From Auanema rhodensis (Eukaryota; Animalia; Nematoda): a DNA stretch of 64,000 nt. A program made the position numbers and the translations under genes. Below, in pieces: positions 46,801 through 59,819 of this stretch. Numbering within the stretch: position 1 is the first letter of the stretch; every line of letters begins with the position of its first letter. The DNA is taken from positions 26,125 to 90,124 of the forward strand of contig CAXKVF010000098.1 in assembly GCA_964057225.1 (NCBI GenBank). The letters run 5' to 3'. The notes under the pieces are model-generated. The model was not told where the DNA came from. It was given only the letters and a program-made list of their open reading frames with translations, and ran no database searches.

Positions 46801-49233
46801 ATACCAAGTGCACAACACGTGTACATTTAATTAGCATAAATTAAAGTTCACGTAAATTTCAAAGTCATGGTTACCATGAACCAATATCAATAAAAATTTG
46901 TTTTTAGACTAATATGGACATGGGGAATCTAATTTTGAAAACCGCATCTCTTTATCTTTCACGTGAAGCGAGTTACATACCAAGTGCACATCACGTGTAC
47001 ATTTAATTAGCATAAATTAAAGTTCACGTAAATTTCAAAGTCATGGTTACCATGAACCAATATCAATAAAAATTTGTTTTTAGACTAATATGGACATGGG
47101 GAATCTAATTTTGAAAACCGCATCTCTTTATCTTTCACGTGAAGCGAGTTACATACCAAGTGCACATCACGTGTACATTTAATTAGCATAAATTAAAGTT
47201 CACGTAAATTTCAAAGTCATGGTTACCATGAACCAATATCAATAAAAATTTGTTTTTAGACTAATATGGACATGGGGATTCTAATTTTGAAAATCGCATC
47301 TCTTTATCTTTCACGTGAAGCGAGTTACATACCAAGTGTACATCAAGTGTACATTTAATTAGCATAAATTAAAGTTCACGTAAATTTCAAAGTCATGGTT
47401 ACCATGCACCAATATCAATAAAAATTTGTTTTTAGACTAATATGGACATGGGGAATCTAATTTTGAAAACCGCATCTCTTTATCTTTCACGTGAAGCGAG
47501 TTACATACCAAGTGCACATCACGTGTACATTTAATTAGCATAAATTAAAGTTCACGTAAATTTCAAAGTCATGGTTACCATGAACCAATATCAATAAAAA
47601 TTTGTTTTTAGACTAATATGGACATGGGGAATCTAATTTTGAAAACCGCATCTCTTTATCTTTCACGTGAAGCGAGTTACATACCAAGTGCACATCACGT
47701 GTACATTTAATTAGCATAAATTAAAGTTCACGTAAATTTCAAAGTCATGGTTACCATGCACCAATATCAATAAAAATTTGTTTTTAGACTAATATGGACA
47801 TGGGGAATCTAATTTTGAAAACCGCATCTCTTTATCTTTCAGGTGAAGCGAGTTACATACCAAGTGCACATCACGTGTACATTTAATTAGCATAAATTAA
47901 AGTTCACGTAAATTTCAAAGTCATGGTTACCATGAACCAATATCAATAAAAATTTGTTTTTAGACTAATATGGACATGGGGAATCTAATTTTGAAAACCG
48001 CATCTCTTTACCTTTCACGAAAATCGCATCTCTTTATCTTTCACGTGAAGCGAGTTACATACCAAGTGTACATCTAGTGTACATTTAATTAGCATAAATT
48101 AAAGTTCACGTAAATTTCAAAGTCATGGTTACCATGCACCAATATCAATAAAAATTTGTTTTTAGACTAATATGGACATGGGGAATCTAATTTTGAAAAC
48201 CGCATCTCTTTATCTTTCACGTGAAGCGAGTTACATACCAAGTGCACATCACGTGTACATTTAATTAGCATGAATTAAAGTTCACGTAAATTTCAAAGTC
48301 ATGGTTACCATGAACCAATATCAATAAAAATTTGTTTTTAGACTAATATGGACATGGGGAATCTAATTTTGAAAACCGCATCTCTTTATCTTTCACGTGA
48401 AGCGAGTTACATACCAAGTGCACATCACGTGTACATTTAATTAGCATAAATTAAAGTTCACGTAAATTTCAAAGTCATGGTTACCATGCACCAATATCAA
48501 TAAAAATTTGTTTTTAGACTAATATGGACATGGGGAATCTAATTTTGAAAACCGCATCTCTTTATCTTTCACGTGAAGCGAGTTACATACCAAGTGCACA
48601 TCACGTGTACATTTAATTAGCATAAATTAAAGTTCACGTAAATTTCAAAGTCATGGTTACCATGAACCAATATCAATAAAAATTTGTTTTTAGACTAATA
48701 TGGACATGGGGAATCTAATTTTGAAAACCGCATCTCTTTATCTTTCACGTGAAGCGAGTTACATACCAAGTGCACATCACGTGTACATTTAATTAGCATA
48801 AATTAAAGTTCACGTAAATTTCAAAGTCATGGTTACCATGAACCAATATCAATAAAAATTTGTTTTTAGACTAATATGGACATGGGGAATCTAATTTTGA
48901 AAACCGCATCTCTTTATCTTTCACGTGAAGCGAGTTACATACCAAGTGCACATCACGTGTACATTTAATTAGCATAAATTAAAGTTCACGTAAATTTCAA
49001 AGTCATGGTTACCATGAACCAATATCAATAAAAATTTGTTTTTAGACTAATATGGACATGGGGATTCTAATTTTGAAAATCGCATCTCTTTATCTTTCAC
49101 GTGAAGCGAGTTACATACCAAGTGTACATCAAGTGTACATTTAATTAGCATAAATTAAAGTTCACGTAAATTTCAAAGTCATGGTTACCATGCACCAATA
49201 TCAATAAAAATTTGTTTTTAGACTAATATGGAC
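40832..49233 (+). repeat. Local higher-order repeat: 10-monomer unit of 1786 bp (one 202-bp + nine 176-bp monomers), with a 6-mer derivative
   Basis: 202-bp marker monomers start at 41536, 42618, 44404, 46190 and 47976 (spacings 1082, 1786, 1786, 1786). Units 42618-44403 and 44404-46189 share the same ordered markers: A95G, then T34C+C62G+A146G, then C43G. Confidence 0.95.
41536..41737 (+). repeat. 202-bp variant monomer with 26-bp internal duplication (copies at 41536, 42618, 44404, 46190, 47976, 51170)
   Basis: AAAACCGCATCTCTTTACCTTTCACG is followed directly by AAAATCGCATCTCTTTATCTTTCACG (monomer positions 19-44 twice). The next monomer starts 202 bp later. Confidence 0.97.
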
Positions 49234-52200
49234 ATGGGGAATCTAATTTTGAAAACCGCATCTCTTTATCTTTCACGTGAAGCGAGTTACATACCAAGTG
49301 CACATCACGTTTACATTTAATTAGCATAAATTAAAGTTCACGTAAATTTCAAAGTCATGGTTACCATGAACCAATATCAATAAAAATTTGTTTTTAGACT
49401 AATATGGACATGGGGAATCTAATTTTGAAAACCGCATCTCTTTATCTTTCACGTGAAGCGAGTTACATACCAAGTGCACATCACGTGTACATTTAATTAG
49501 CATAAATTAAAGTTCACGTAAATTTCAAAGTCATGGTTACCATGAACCAATATCAATAAAAATTTGTTTTTATACTAATATGGACATGGGGAATCTAATT
49601 TTGAAAACCGCATCTCTTTATCTTTCACGTGAAGCGAGTTACATACCAAGTGCACATCACGTGTACATTTAATTAGCATAAATTAAAGTTCACGTAAATT
49701 TCAAAGTCATGGTTACCATGCACCAATATCAATAAAAATTTGTTTTTAGACTAATATGGACATGGGGAATCTAATTTTGAAAACCGCATCTCTTCATCTT
49801 TCACGTGAAGCGAGTTACATACCAAGTGCACATCACGTGTACATTTAATTAGCATAAATTAAAGTTCACGTAAATTTCAAAGTCATGGTTACCATGCACC
49901 AATATCAATAAAAATTTGTTTTTAGACTAATATGGACATGGGGAATCTAATTTTGAAAACCGCATCTCTTTATCTTTCACGTGAAGCGAGTTACATACCA
50001 AGTGCACATCACGTGTACATTTAATTAGCATAAATTAAAGTTCACGTAAATTTCAAAGTCATGGTTACCATGAACCAATATCAATAAAAATTTGTTTTTA
50101 GACTAATATGGACATGGGGAATCTAATTTTGAAAACCGCATCTCTTTATCTTTCACGTGAAGCGAGTTACATACCAAGTGCACATCACGTGTACATTTAA
50201 TTAGCATAAATTAAAGTTCACGTAAATTTCAAAGTCATGGTTACCATGAACCAATATCAATAAAAATTTGTTTTTAGACTAATATGGACATGGGGAATCT
50301 AATTTTGAAAACCGCATCTCTTTATCTTTCACGTGAAGCGAGTTACATACCAAGTGCACATCACGTGTACATTTAATTAGCATAAATTAAAGTTCACGTA
50401 AATTTCAAAGTCATGGTTACCATGCACCAATATCAATAAAAATTTGTTTTTAGACTAATATGGACATGGGGAATCTAATTTTGAAAACCGCATCTCTTCA
50501 TCTTTCACGTGAAGCGAGTTACATACCAAGTGCACATCACGTGTACATTTAATTAGCATAAATTAAAGTTCACGTAAATTTCAAAGTCATGGTTACCATG
50601 CACCAATATCGATAAAAATTTGTTTTTAGACTAATATGGACATGGGGAATCTAATTTTGAAAACCGCATCTCTTTATCTTTCACGTGAAGCGAGTTACAT
50701 ACCAAGTGCACATCACGTGTACATTTAATTAGCATAAATTAAAGTTCACGTAAATTTCAAAGTCATGGTTACCATGAACCAATATCAATAAAAATTTGTT
50801 TTTAGACTAATATGGACATGGGGAATCTAATTTTGAAAACCGCATCTCTTTATCTTTCACGTGAAGCGAGTTACATACCAAGTGCACATCACGTGTACAT
50901 TTAATTAGCATAAATTAAAGTTCACGTAAATTTCAAAGTCATGGTTACCATGCACCAATATCGATAAAAATTTGTTTTTAGACTAATATGGACATGGGGA
51001 ATCTAATTTTGAAAACCGCATCTCTTTATCTTTCACGTGAAGCGAGTTACATACCAAGTGCACATCACGTGTACATTTAATTAGCATAAATTAAAGTTCA
51101 CGTAAATTTCAAAGTCATGGTTACCATGAACCAATATCAATAAAAATTTGTTTTTAGACTAATATGGACATGGGGAATCTAATTTTGAAAACCGCATCTC
51201 TTTACCTTTCACGAAAATCGCATCTCTTTATCTTTCACGTGAAGCGAGTTACATACCAAGTGTACATCTAGTGTACATTTAATTAGCATAAATTAAAGTT
51301 CACGTAAATTTCAAAGTCATGGTTACCATGCACCAATATCAATAAAAATTTGTTTTTAGACTAATATGGACATGGGGAATCTAATTTTGAAAACCGCATC
51401 TCTTTATCTTTCACGTGAAGCGAGTTACATACCAAGTGCACATCACGTGTACATTTAATTAGCATGAATTAAAGTTCACGTAAATTTCAAAGTCATGGTT
51501 ACCATGAACCAATATCAATAAAAATTTGTTTTTAGACTAATATGGACATGGGGAATCTAATTTTGAAAACCGCATCTCTTTATCTTTCACGTGAAGCGAG
51601 TGACATACCAAGTGCACATCACGTGTACATTTAATTAGCATAAATTAAAGTTCACGTAAATTTCAAAGTCATGGTTACCATGAACCAATATCAATAAAAA
51701 TTTGTTTTTAGACTAATATGGACATGGGGAATCTAATTTTGAAAACCGCATCTCTTTATCTTTCACGTGAAGCGAGTTACATACCAAGTGCACATCACGT
51801 GTACATTTAATTAGCATAAATTAAAGTTCACGTAAATTTCAAAGTCATGGTTACCATGCACCAATATCAATAAAAATTTGTTTTTAGACTAATATGGACA
51901 TGGGGAATCTAATTTTGAAAACCGCATCTCTTCATCTTTCACGTGAAGCGAGTTACATACCAAGTGCACATCACGTGTACATTTAATTAGCATAAATTAA
52001 AGTTCACGTAAATTTCAAAGTCATGGTTACCATGCACCAATATCAATAAAAATTTGTTTTTAGACTAATATGGACATGGGGAATCTAATTTTGAAAACCG
52101 CATCTCTTTATCTTTCACGTGAAGCGAGTTACATACCAAGTGCACATCACGTGTACATTTAATTAGCATAAATTAAAGTTCACGTAAATTTCAAAGTCAT

Positions 52201-54539
52201 GGTTACCATGAACCAATATCAATAAAAATTTGTTTTTAGACTAATATGGACATGGGGAATCTAATTTTGAAAACCGCATCTCTTTATCTTTCACGTGAAG
52301 CGAGTTACATACCAAGTGCACATCACGTGTACATTTAATTAGCATAAATTAAAGTTCACGTAAATTTCAAAGTCATGGTTACCATGCACCAATATCAATA
52401 AAAATTTGTTTTTAGACTAATATGGACATGGGGAATCTAATTTTGAAAACCGCATCTCTTTATCTTTCACGTGAAGCGAGTTACATACCAAGTGCACATC
52501 ACGTGTACATTTAATTAGCATAAATTAAAGTTCACGTAAATTTCAAAGTCATGGTTACCATGAACCAATATCAATAAAAATTTGTTTTTAGACTAATATG
52601 GACATGGGGAATCTAATTTTGAAAACCGCATCTCTTTACCTTTCACGTGAAGCGAGTTACATACCAAGTGCACATCACGTGTACATTTAATTAGCATAAA
52701 TTAAAGTTCACGTAAATTTCAAAGTCATGGTTACCATGCACCAATATCAATAAAAATTTGTTTTTAGACTAATATGGACATGGGGAATCTAATTTTGAAA
52801 ACCGCATCTCTTTATCTTTCACGTGAAGCGAGTTACATACCAAGTGCACATCACGTGTACATTTAATTAGCATAAATTAAAGTTCACGTAAATTTCAAAG
52901 TCATGGTTACCATGAACCAATATCAATAAAAATTTGTTTTTAGACTAATATGGACATGGGGAATCTAATTTTGAAAACCGCATCTCTTTATCTTTCCCGT
53001 GAAGCGAGTTACATACCAAGTGCACATCACGTGTACATTTAATTAGCATAAATTAAAGTTCACGTAAATTTCAAAGTCATGGTTACCATGAACCAATATC
53101 AATAAAAATTTGTTTTTAGACTAATATGGACATGGGGAATCTAATTTTGAAAACCGCATCTCTTTATCTTTCACGTGAAGCGAGTTACATACCAAGTGCA
53201 CATCACGTGTACATTTAATTAGCATAAATTAAAGTTCACGTAAATTTCAAAGTCATGGTTACCATGCACCAATATCAATAAAAATTTGTTTTTAGACTAA
53301 TATGGACATGGGGAATCTAATTTTGAAAACCGCATCTCTTCATCTTTCACGTGAAGCGAGTTACATACCAAGTGCACATCACGTGTACATTTAATTAGCA
53401 TAAATTAAAGTTCACGTAAATTTCAAAGTCATGGTTACCATGCACCAATATCAATAAAAATTTGTTTTTAGACTAATATGGACATGGGGAATCTAATTTT
53501 GAAAACCGCATCTCTTTATCTTTCACGTGAAGCGAGTTACATACCAAGTGCACATCACGTGTACATTTAATTAGAATAAATTAAAGTTCACGTAAATTTC
53601 AAAGTCATGGTTACCATGAAGCAATATCAATAAAAATTTGTTTTTAGACTAATATGGACATGGGGAATCTAATTTTGAAAACCGCATCTCTTTATCTTTC
53701 ACGTGAAGCGAGTTACATACCAAGTGCACATCACGTGTACATTTAATTAGCATAAATTAAAGTTCACGTAAATTTCAAAGTCATGGTTACCATGCACCAA
53801 TATCAATAAAAATTTGTTTTTAGACTAATATGGACATGGGGAATCTAATTTAGAATACCGCATCTCTTTATCTTTTACGTGAAGCGAGTTACATACCAAG
53901 TGCACATCACGTGTACATTTAATTAGCATAAATTAAAGTTCACGTAAATTTCAAAGTCATGGTTACCATGAACCAATATCAATAAAAATTTGTTTTTAGA
54001 CTAATATGGACATGGGGAATCTAATTTTGAAAACCGCATCTCTTTATCTTTCACGTGAAGCGAGTTACATACCAAGTGCACATCACGTGTACATTTAATT
54101 AGCATAAATTAAAGTTCACGTAAATTTCAAAGTCATGGTTACCATGAAGCAATATCAATAAAAATTTGTTTTTAGACTAATATGGACATGGGGAATCTAA
54201 TTTTGAAAACCGCATCTCTTTATCTTTCACGTGAAGCGAGTTACATACCAAGTGCACATCACGTGTACATTTAATTAGCATAAAATAAAGTTCACGTAAA
54301 TTTCAAAGTCATGGTTACCATGAACCAATATCAATAAAAATTTGTTTTTAGACTAATATGGACATGGGGAATCTAATTTTGAAAACCGCATCTCTTTATC
54401 TTTCACGTGAAGCGAGTTACATACCAAGTGCACATCACGTGTACATTTAATTAGCATAAATTAAAGTTCACGTAAATTTCAAAGTCATGGTTACCATGCA
54501 CCAATATCAATAAAAATTTGTTTTTAGACTAATATGGAC

Positions 54540-57500
54540 ATGGGGATTCTAATTTTGAAAATCGCATCTCTTTATCTTTCACGTGAAGCGAGTTACATAC
54601 CAAGTGTACATCAAGTGTACATTTAATTAGCATAAATTAAAGTTCACGTAAATTTCAAAGTCATGGTTACCATGCACCAATATCAATAAAAATTTGTTTT
54701 TAGACTAATATGGACATGGGGAATCTAATTTTGAAAACCGCATCTCTTTATCTTTCACGTGAAGCGAGTTACATACCAAGTGCACATCACGTGTACATTT
54801 AATTAGCATAAATTAAAGTTCACGTAAATTTCAAAGTCATGGTTACCATGAACCAATATCAATAAAAATTTGTTTTTAGACTAATATGGACATGGGGAAT
54901 CTAATTTTGAAAACCGCATCTCTTTATCTTTCACGTGAAGCGAGTTACATACCAAGTGCACATCACGTGTACATTTAATTAGCATAAATTAAAGTTCACG
55001 TAAATTTCAAAGTCATGGTTACCATGAACCAATATCAATAAAAATTTGTTTTTAGACTAATATGGACATGGGGAATCTAATTTTGAAAACCGCATCTCTT
55101 CATCTTTCACGTGAAGCGAGTTACATACCAAGTGCACATCACGTGTACATTTAATTAGCATAAATTAAAGTTCACGTAAATTTCAAAGTCATGGTTACCA
55201 TGAACCAATATCAATAAAAATTTGTTTTTAGACTAATATGGACATGGGGATTCTAATTTTGAAAATCGCATCTCTTTATCTTTCACGTGAAGCGAGTTAC
55301 ATACCAAGTGTACATCAAGTGTACATTTAATTAGCATAAATTAAAGTTCACGTAAATTTCAAAGTCATGGTTACCATGCACCAATATCAATAAAAATTTG
55401 TTTTTAGACTAATATGGACATGGGGAATCTAATTTTGAAAACCGCATCTCTTTATCTTTCACGTGAAGCGAGTTACATACCAAGTGCACATCACGTGTAC
55501 ATTTAATTAGCATAAATTAAAGTTCACGTAAATTTCAAAGTCATGGTTACCATGAACCAATATCAATAAAAATTTGTTTTTAGACTAATATGGACATGGG
55601 GAATCTAATTTTGAAAACCGCATCTCTTTATCTTTCACGTGAAGCGAGTTACATACCAAGTGCACATCACGTGTACATTTAATTAGCATAAATTAAAGTT
55701 CACGTAAATTTCAAAGTCATGGTTACCATGAACCAATATCAATAAAAATTTGTTTTTAGACTAATATGGACATGGGGAATCTAATTTTGAAAACCGCATC
55801 TCTTTATCTTTCACGTGAAGCGAGTTACATACCAAGTGCACATCACGTGTACATTTAATTAGCATAAATTAAAGTTCACGTAAATTTCAAAGTCATGGTT
55901 ACCATGCACCAATATCAATAAAAATTTGTTTTTAGACTAATATGGACATGGGGAATCTAATTTTGAAAACCGCATCTCTTCATCTTTCACGTGAAGCGAG
56001 TTACATACCAAGTGCACATCACGTGTACATTTAATTAGCATAAATTAAAGTTCACGTAAATTTCAAAGTCATGGTTACCATGAACCAATATCAATAAAAA
56101 TTTGTTTTTAGACTAATATGGACATGGGGATTCTAATTTTGAAAATCGCATCTCTTTATCTTTCACGTGAAGCGAGTTACATACCAAGTGTACATCAAGT
56201 GTACATTTAATTAGCATAAATTAAAGTTCACGTAAATTTCAAAGTCATGGTTACCATGCACCAATATCAATAAAAATTTGTTTTTAGACTAATATGGACA
56301 TGGGGAATCTAATTTTGAAAACCGCATCTCTTTATCTTTCACGTGAAGCGAGTTACATACCAAGTGCACATCACGTGTACATTTAATTAGCATAAATTAA
56401 AGTTCACGTAAATTTCAAAGTCATGGTTACCATGAACCAATATCAATAAAAATTTGTTTTTAGACTAATATGGACATGGGGAATCTAATTTTGAAAACCG
56501 CATCTCTTTATCTTTCACGTGAAGCGAGTTACATACCAAGTGCACATCACGTGTACATTTAATTAGCATAAATTAAAGTTCACGTAAATTTCAAAGTCAT
56601 GGTTACCATGAACCAATATCAATAAAAATTTGTTTTTAGACTAATATGGACATGGGGAATCTAATTTTGAAAACCGCATCTCTTTATCTTTCACGTGAAG
56701 CGAGTTACATACCAAGTGCACATCACGTGTACATTTAATTAGCATAAATTAAAGTTCACGTAAATTTCAAAGTCATGGTTACCATGAACCAATATCAATA
56801 AAAATTTGTTTTTAGACTAATATGGACATGGGGATTCTAATTTTGAAAATCGCATCTCTTTATCTTTCACGTGAAGCGAGTTACATACCAAGTGTACATC
56901 AAGTGTACATTTAATTAGCATAAATTAAAGTTCACGTAAATTTCAAAGTCATGGTTACCATGCACCAATATCAATAAAAATTTGTTTTTAGACTAATATG
57001 GACATGGGGAATCTAATTTTGAAAACCGCATCTCTTTATCTTTCACGTGAAGCGAGTTACATACCAAGTGCACATCACGTGTACATTTAATTAGCATAAA
57101 TTAAAGTTCACGTAAATTTCAAAGTCATGGTTACCATGAACCAATATCAATAAAAATTTGTTTTTAGACTAATATGGACATGGGGAATCTAATTTTGAAA
57201 ACCGCATCTCTTTATCTTTCACGTGAAGCGAGTTACATACCAAGTGCACATCACGTGTACATTTAATTAGCATAAATTAAAGTTCACGTAAATTTCAAAG
57301 TCATGGTTACCATGAACCAATATCAATAAAAATTTGTTTTTAGACTAATATGGACATGGGGAATCTAATTTTGAAAACCGCATCTCTTTATCTTTCACGT
57401 GAAGCGAGTTACATACCAAGTGCACATCACGTGTACATTTAATTAGCATAAATTAAAGTTCACGTAAATTTCAAAGTCATGGTTACCATGCACCAATATC

Positions 57501-59819
57501 AATAAAAATTTGTTTTTAGACTAATATGGACATGGGGAATCTAATTTTGAAAACCGCATCTCTTCATCTTTCACGTGAAGCGAGTTACATACCAAGTGCA
57601 CATCACGTGTACATTTAATTAGCATAAATTAAAGTTCACGTAAATTTCAAAGTCATGGTTACCATGAACCAATATCAATAAAAATTTGTTTTTAGACTAA
57701 TATGGACATGGGGATTCTAATTTTGAAAATCGCATCTCTTTATCTTTCACGTGAAGCGAGTTACATACCAAGTGTACATCAAGTGTACATTTAATTAGCA
57801 TAAATTAAAGTTCACGTAAATTTCAAAGTCATGGTTACCATGCACCAATATCAATAAAAATTTGTTTTTAGACTAATATGGACATGGGGAATCTAATTTT
57901 GAAAACCGCATCTCTTTATCTTTCACGTGAAGCGAGTTACATACCAAGTGCACATCACGTGTACATTTAATTAGCATAAATTAAAGTTCACGTAAATTTC
58001 AAAGTCATGGTTACCATGAACCAATATCAATAAAAATTTGTTTTTAGACTAATATGGACATGGGGAATCTAATTTTGAAAACCGCATCTCTTTATCTTTC
58101 ACGTGAAGCGAGTTACATACCAAGTGCACATCACGTGTACATTTAATTAGCATAAATTAAAGTTCACGTAAATTTCAAAGTCATGGTTACCATGAACCAA
58201 TATCAATAAAAATTTGTTTTTAGACTAATATGGACATGGGGAATCTAATTTTGAAAACCGCATCTCTTTATCTTTCACGTGAAGCGAGTTACATACCAAG
58301 TGCACATCACGTGTACATTTAATTAGCATAAATTAAAGTTCACGTAAATTTCAAAGTCATGGTTACCATGCACCAATATCAATAAAAATTTGTTTTTAGA
58401 CTAATATGGACATGGGGAATCTAATTTTGAAAACCGCATCTCTTCATCTTTCACGTGAAGCGAGTTACATACCAAGTGCACATCACGTGTACATTTAATT
58501 AGCATAAATTAAAGTTCACGTAAATTTCAAAGTCATGGTTACCATGCACCAATATCGATAAAAATTTGTTTTTAGACTAATATGGACATGGGGAATCTAA
58601 TTTTGAAAACCGCATCTCTTTATCTTTCACGTGAAGCGAGTTACATACCAAGTGCACATCACGTGTACATTTAATTAGCATAAATTAAAGTTCACGTAAA
58701 TTTCAAAGTCATGGTTACCATGAACCAATATCAATAAAAATTTGTTTTTAGACTAATATGGACATGGGGAATCTAATTTTGAAAACCGCATCTCTTCATC
58801 TTTCACGTGAAGCGAGTTACATACCAAGTGCACATCACGTGTACATTTAATTAGCATAAATTAAAGTTCACGTAAATTTCAAAGTCATGGTTACCATGAA
58901 CCAATATCAATAAAAATTTGTTTTTAGACTAATATGGACATGGGGATTCTAATTTTGAAAATCGCATCTCTTTATCTTTCACGTGAAGCGAGTTACATAC
59001 CAAGTGTACATCAAGTGTACATTTAATTAGCATAAATTAAAGTTCACGTAAATTTCAAAGTCATGGTTACCATGCACCAATATCAATAAAAATTTGTTTT
59101 TAGACTAATATGGACATGGGGAATCTAATTTTGAAAACCGCATCTCTTTATCTTTCACGTGAAGCGAGTTACATACCAAGTGCACATCACGTGTACATTT
59201 AATTAGCATAAATTAAAGTTCACGTAAATTTCAAAGTCATGGTTACCATGAACCAATATCAATAAAAATTTGTTTTTAGACTAATATGGACATGGGGAAT
59301 CTAATTTTGAAAACCGCATCTCTTTATCTTTCACGTGAAGCGAGTTACATACCAAGTGCACATCACGTGTACATTTAATTAGCATAAATTAAAGTTCACG
59401 TAAATTTCAAAGTCATGGTTACCATGAACCAATATCAATAAAAATTTGTTTTTAGACTAATATGGACATGGGGAATCTAATTTTGAAAACCGCATCTCTT
59501 TATCTTTCACGTGAAGCGAGTTACATACCAAGTGCACATCACGTGTACATTTAATTAGCATAAATTAAAGTTCACGTAAATTTCAAAGTCATGGTTACCA
59601 TGCACCAATATCAATAAAAATTTGTTTTTAGACTAATATGGACATGGGGAATCTAATTTTGAAAACCGCATCTCTTCATCTTTCACGTGAAGCGAGTTAC
59701 ATACCAAGTGCACATCACGTGTACATTTAATTAGCATAAATTAAAGTTCACGTAAATTTCAAAGTCATGGTTACCATGCACCAATATCGATAAAAATTTG
59801 TTTTTAGACTAATATGGAC
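54540..59819 (+). repeat. Short 4-/5-/7-monomer higher-order periodicity
   Basis: The 4-SNP monomer (A8T, C23T, C68T, C75A) starts at 54540, 55244, 56124, 56828, 57708 and 58940 (spacings 4, 5, 4, 5, 7 monomers), usually preceded by a T34C monomer. Confidence 0.85.
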
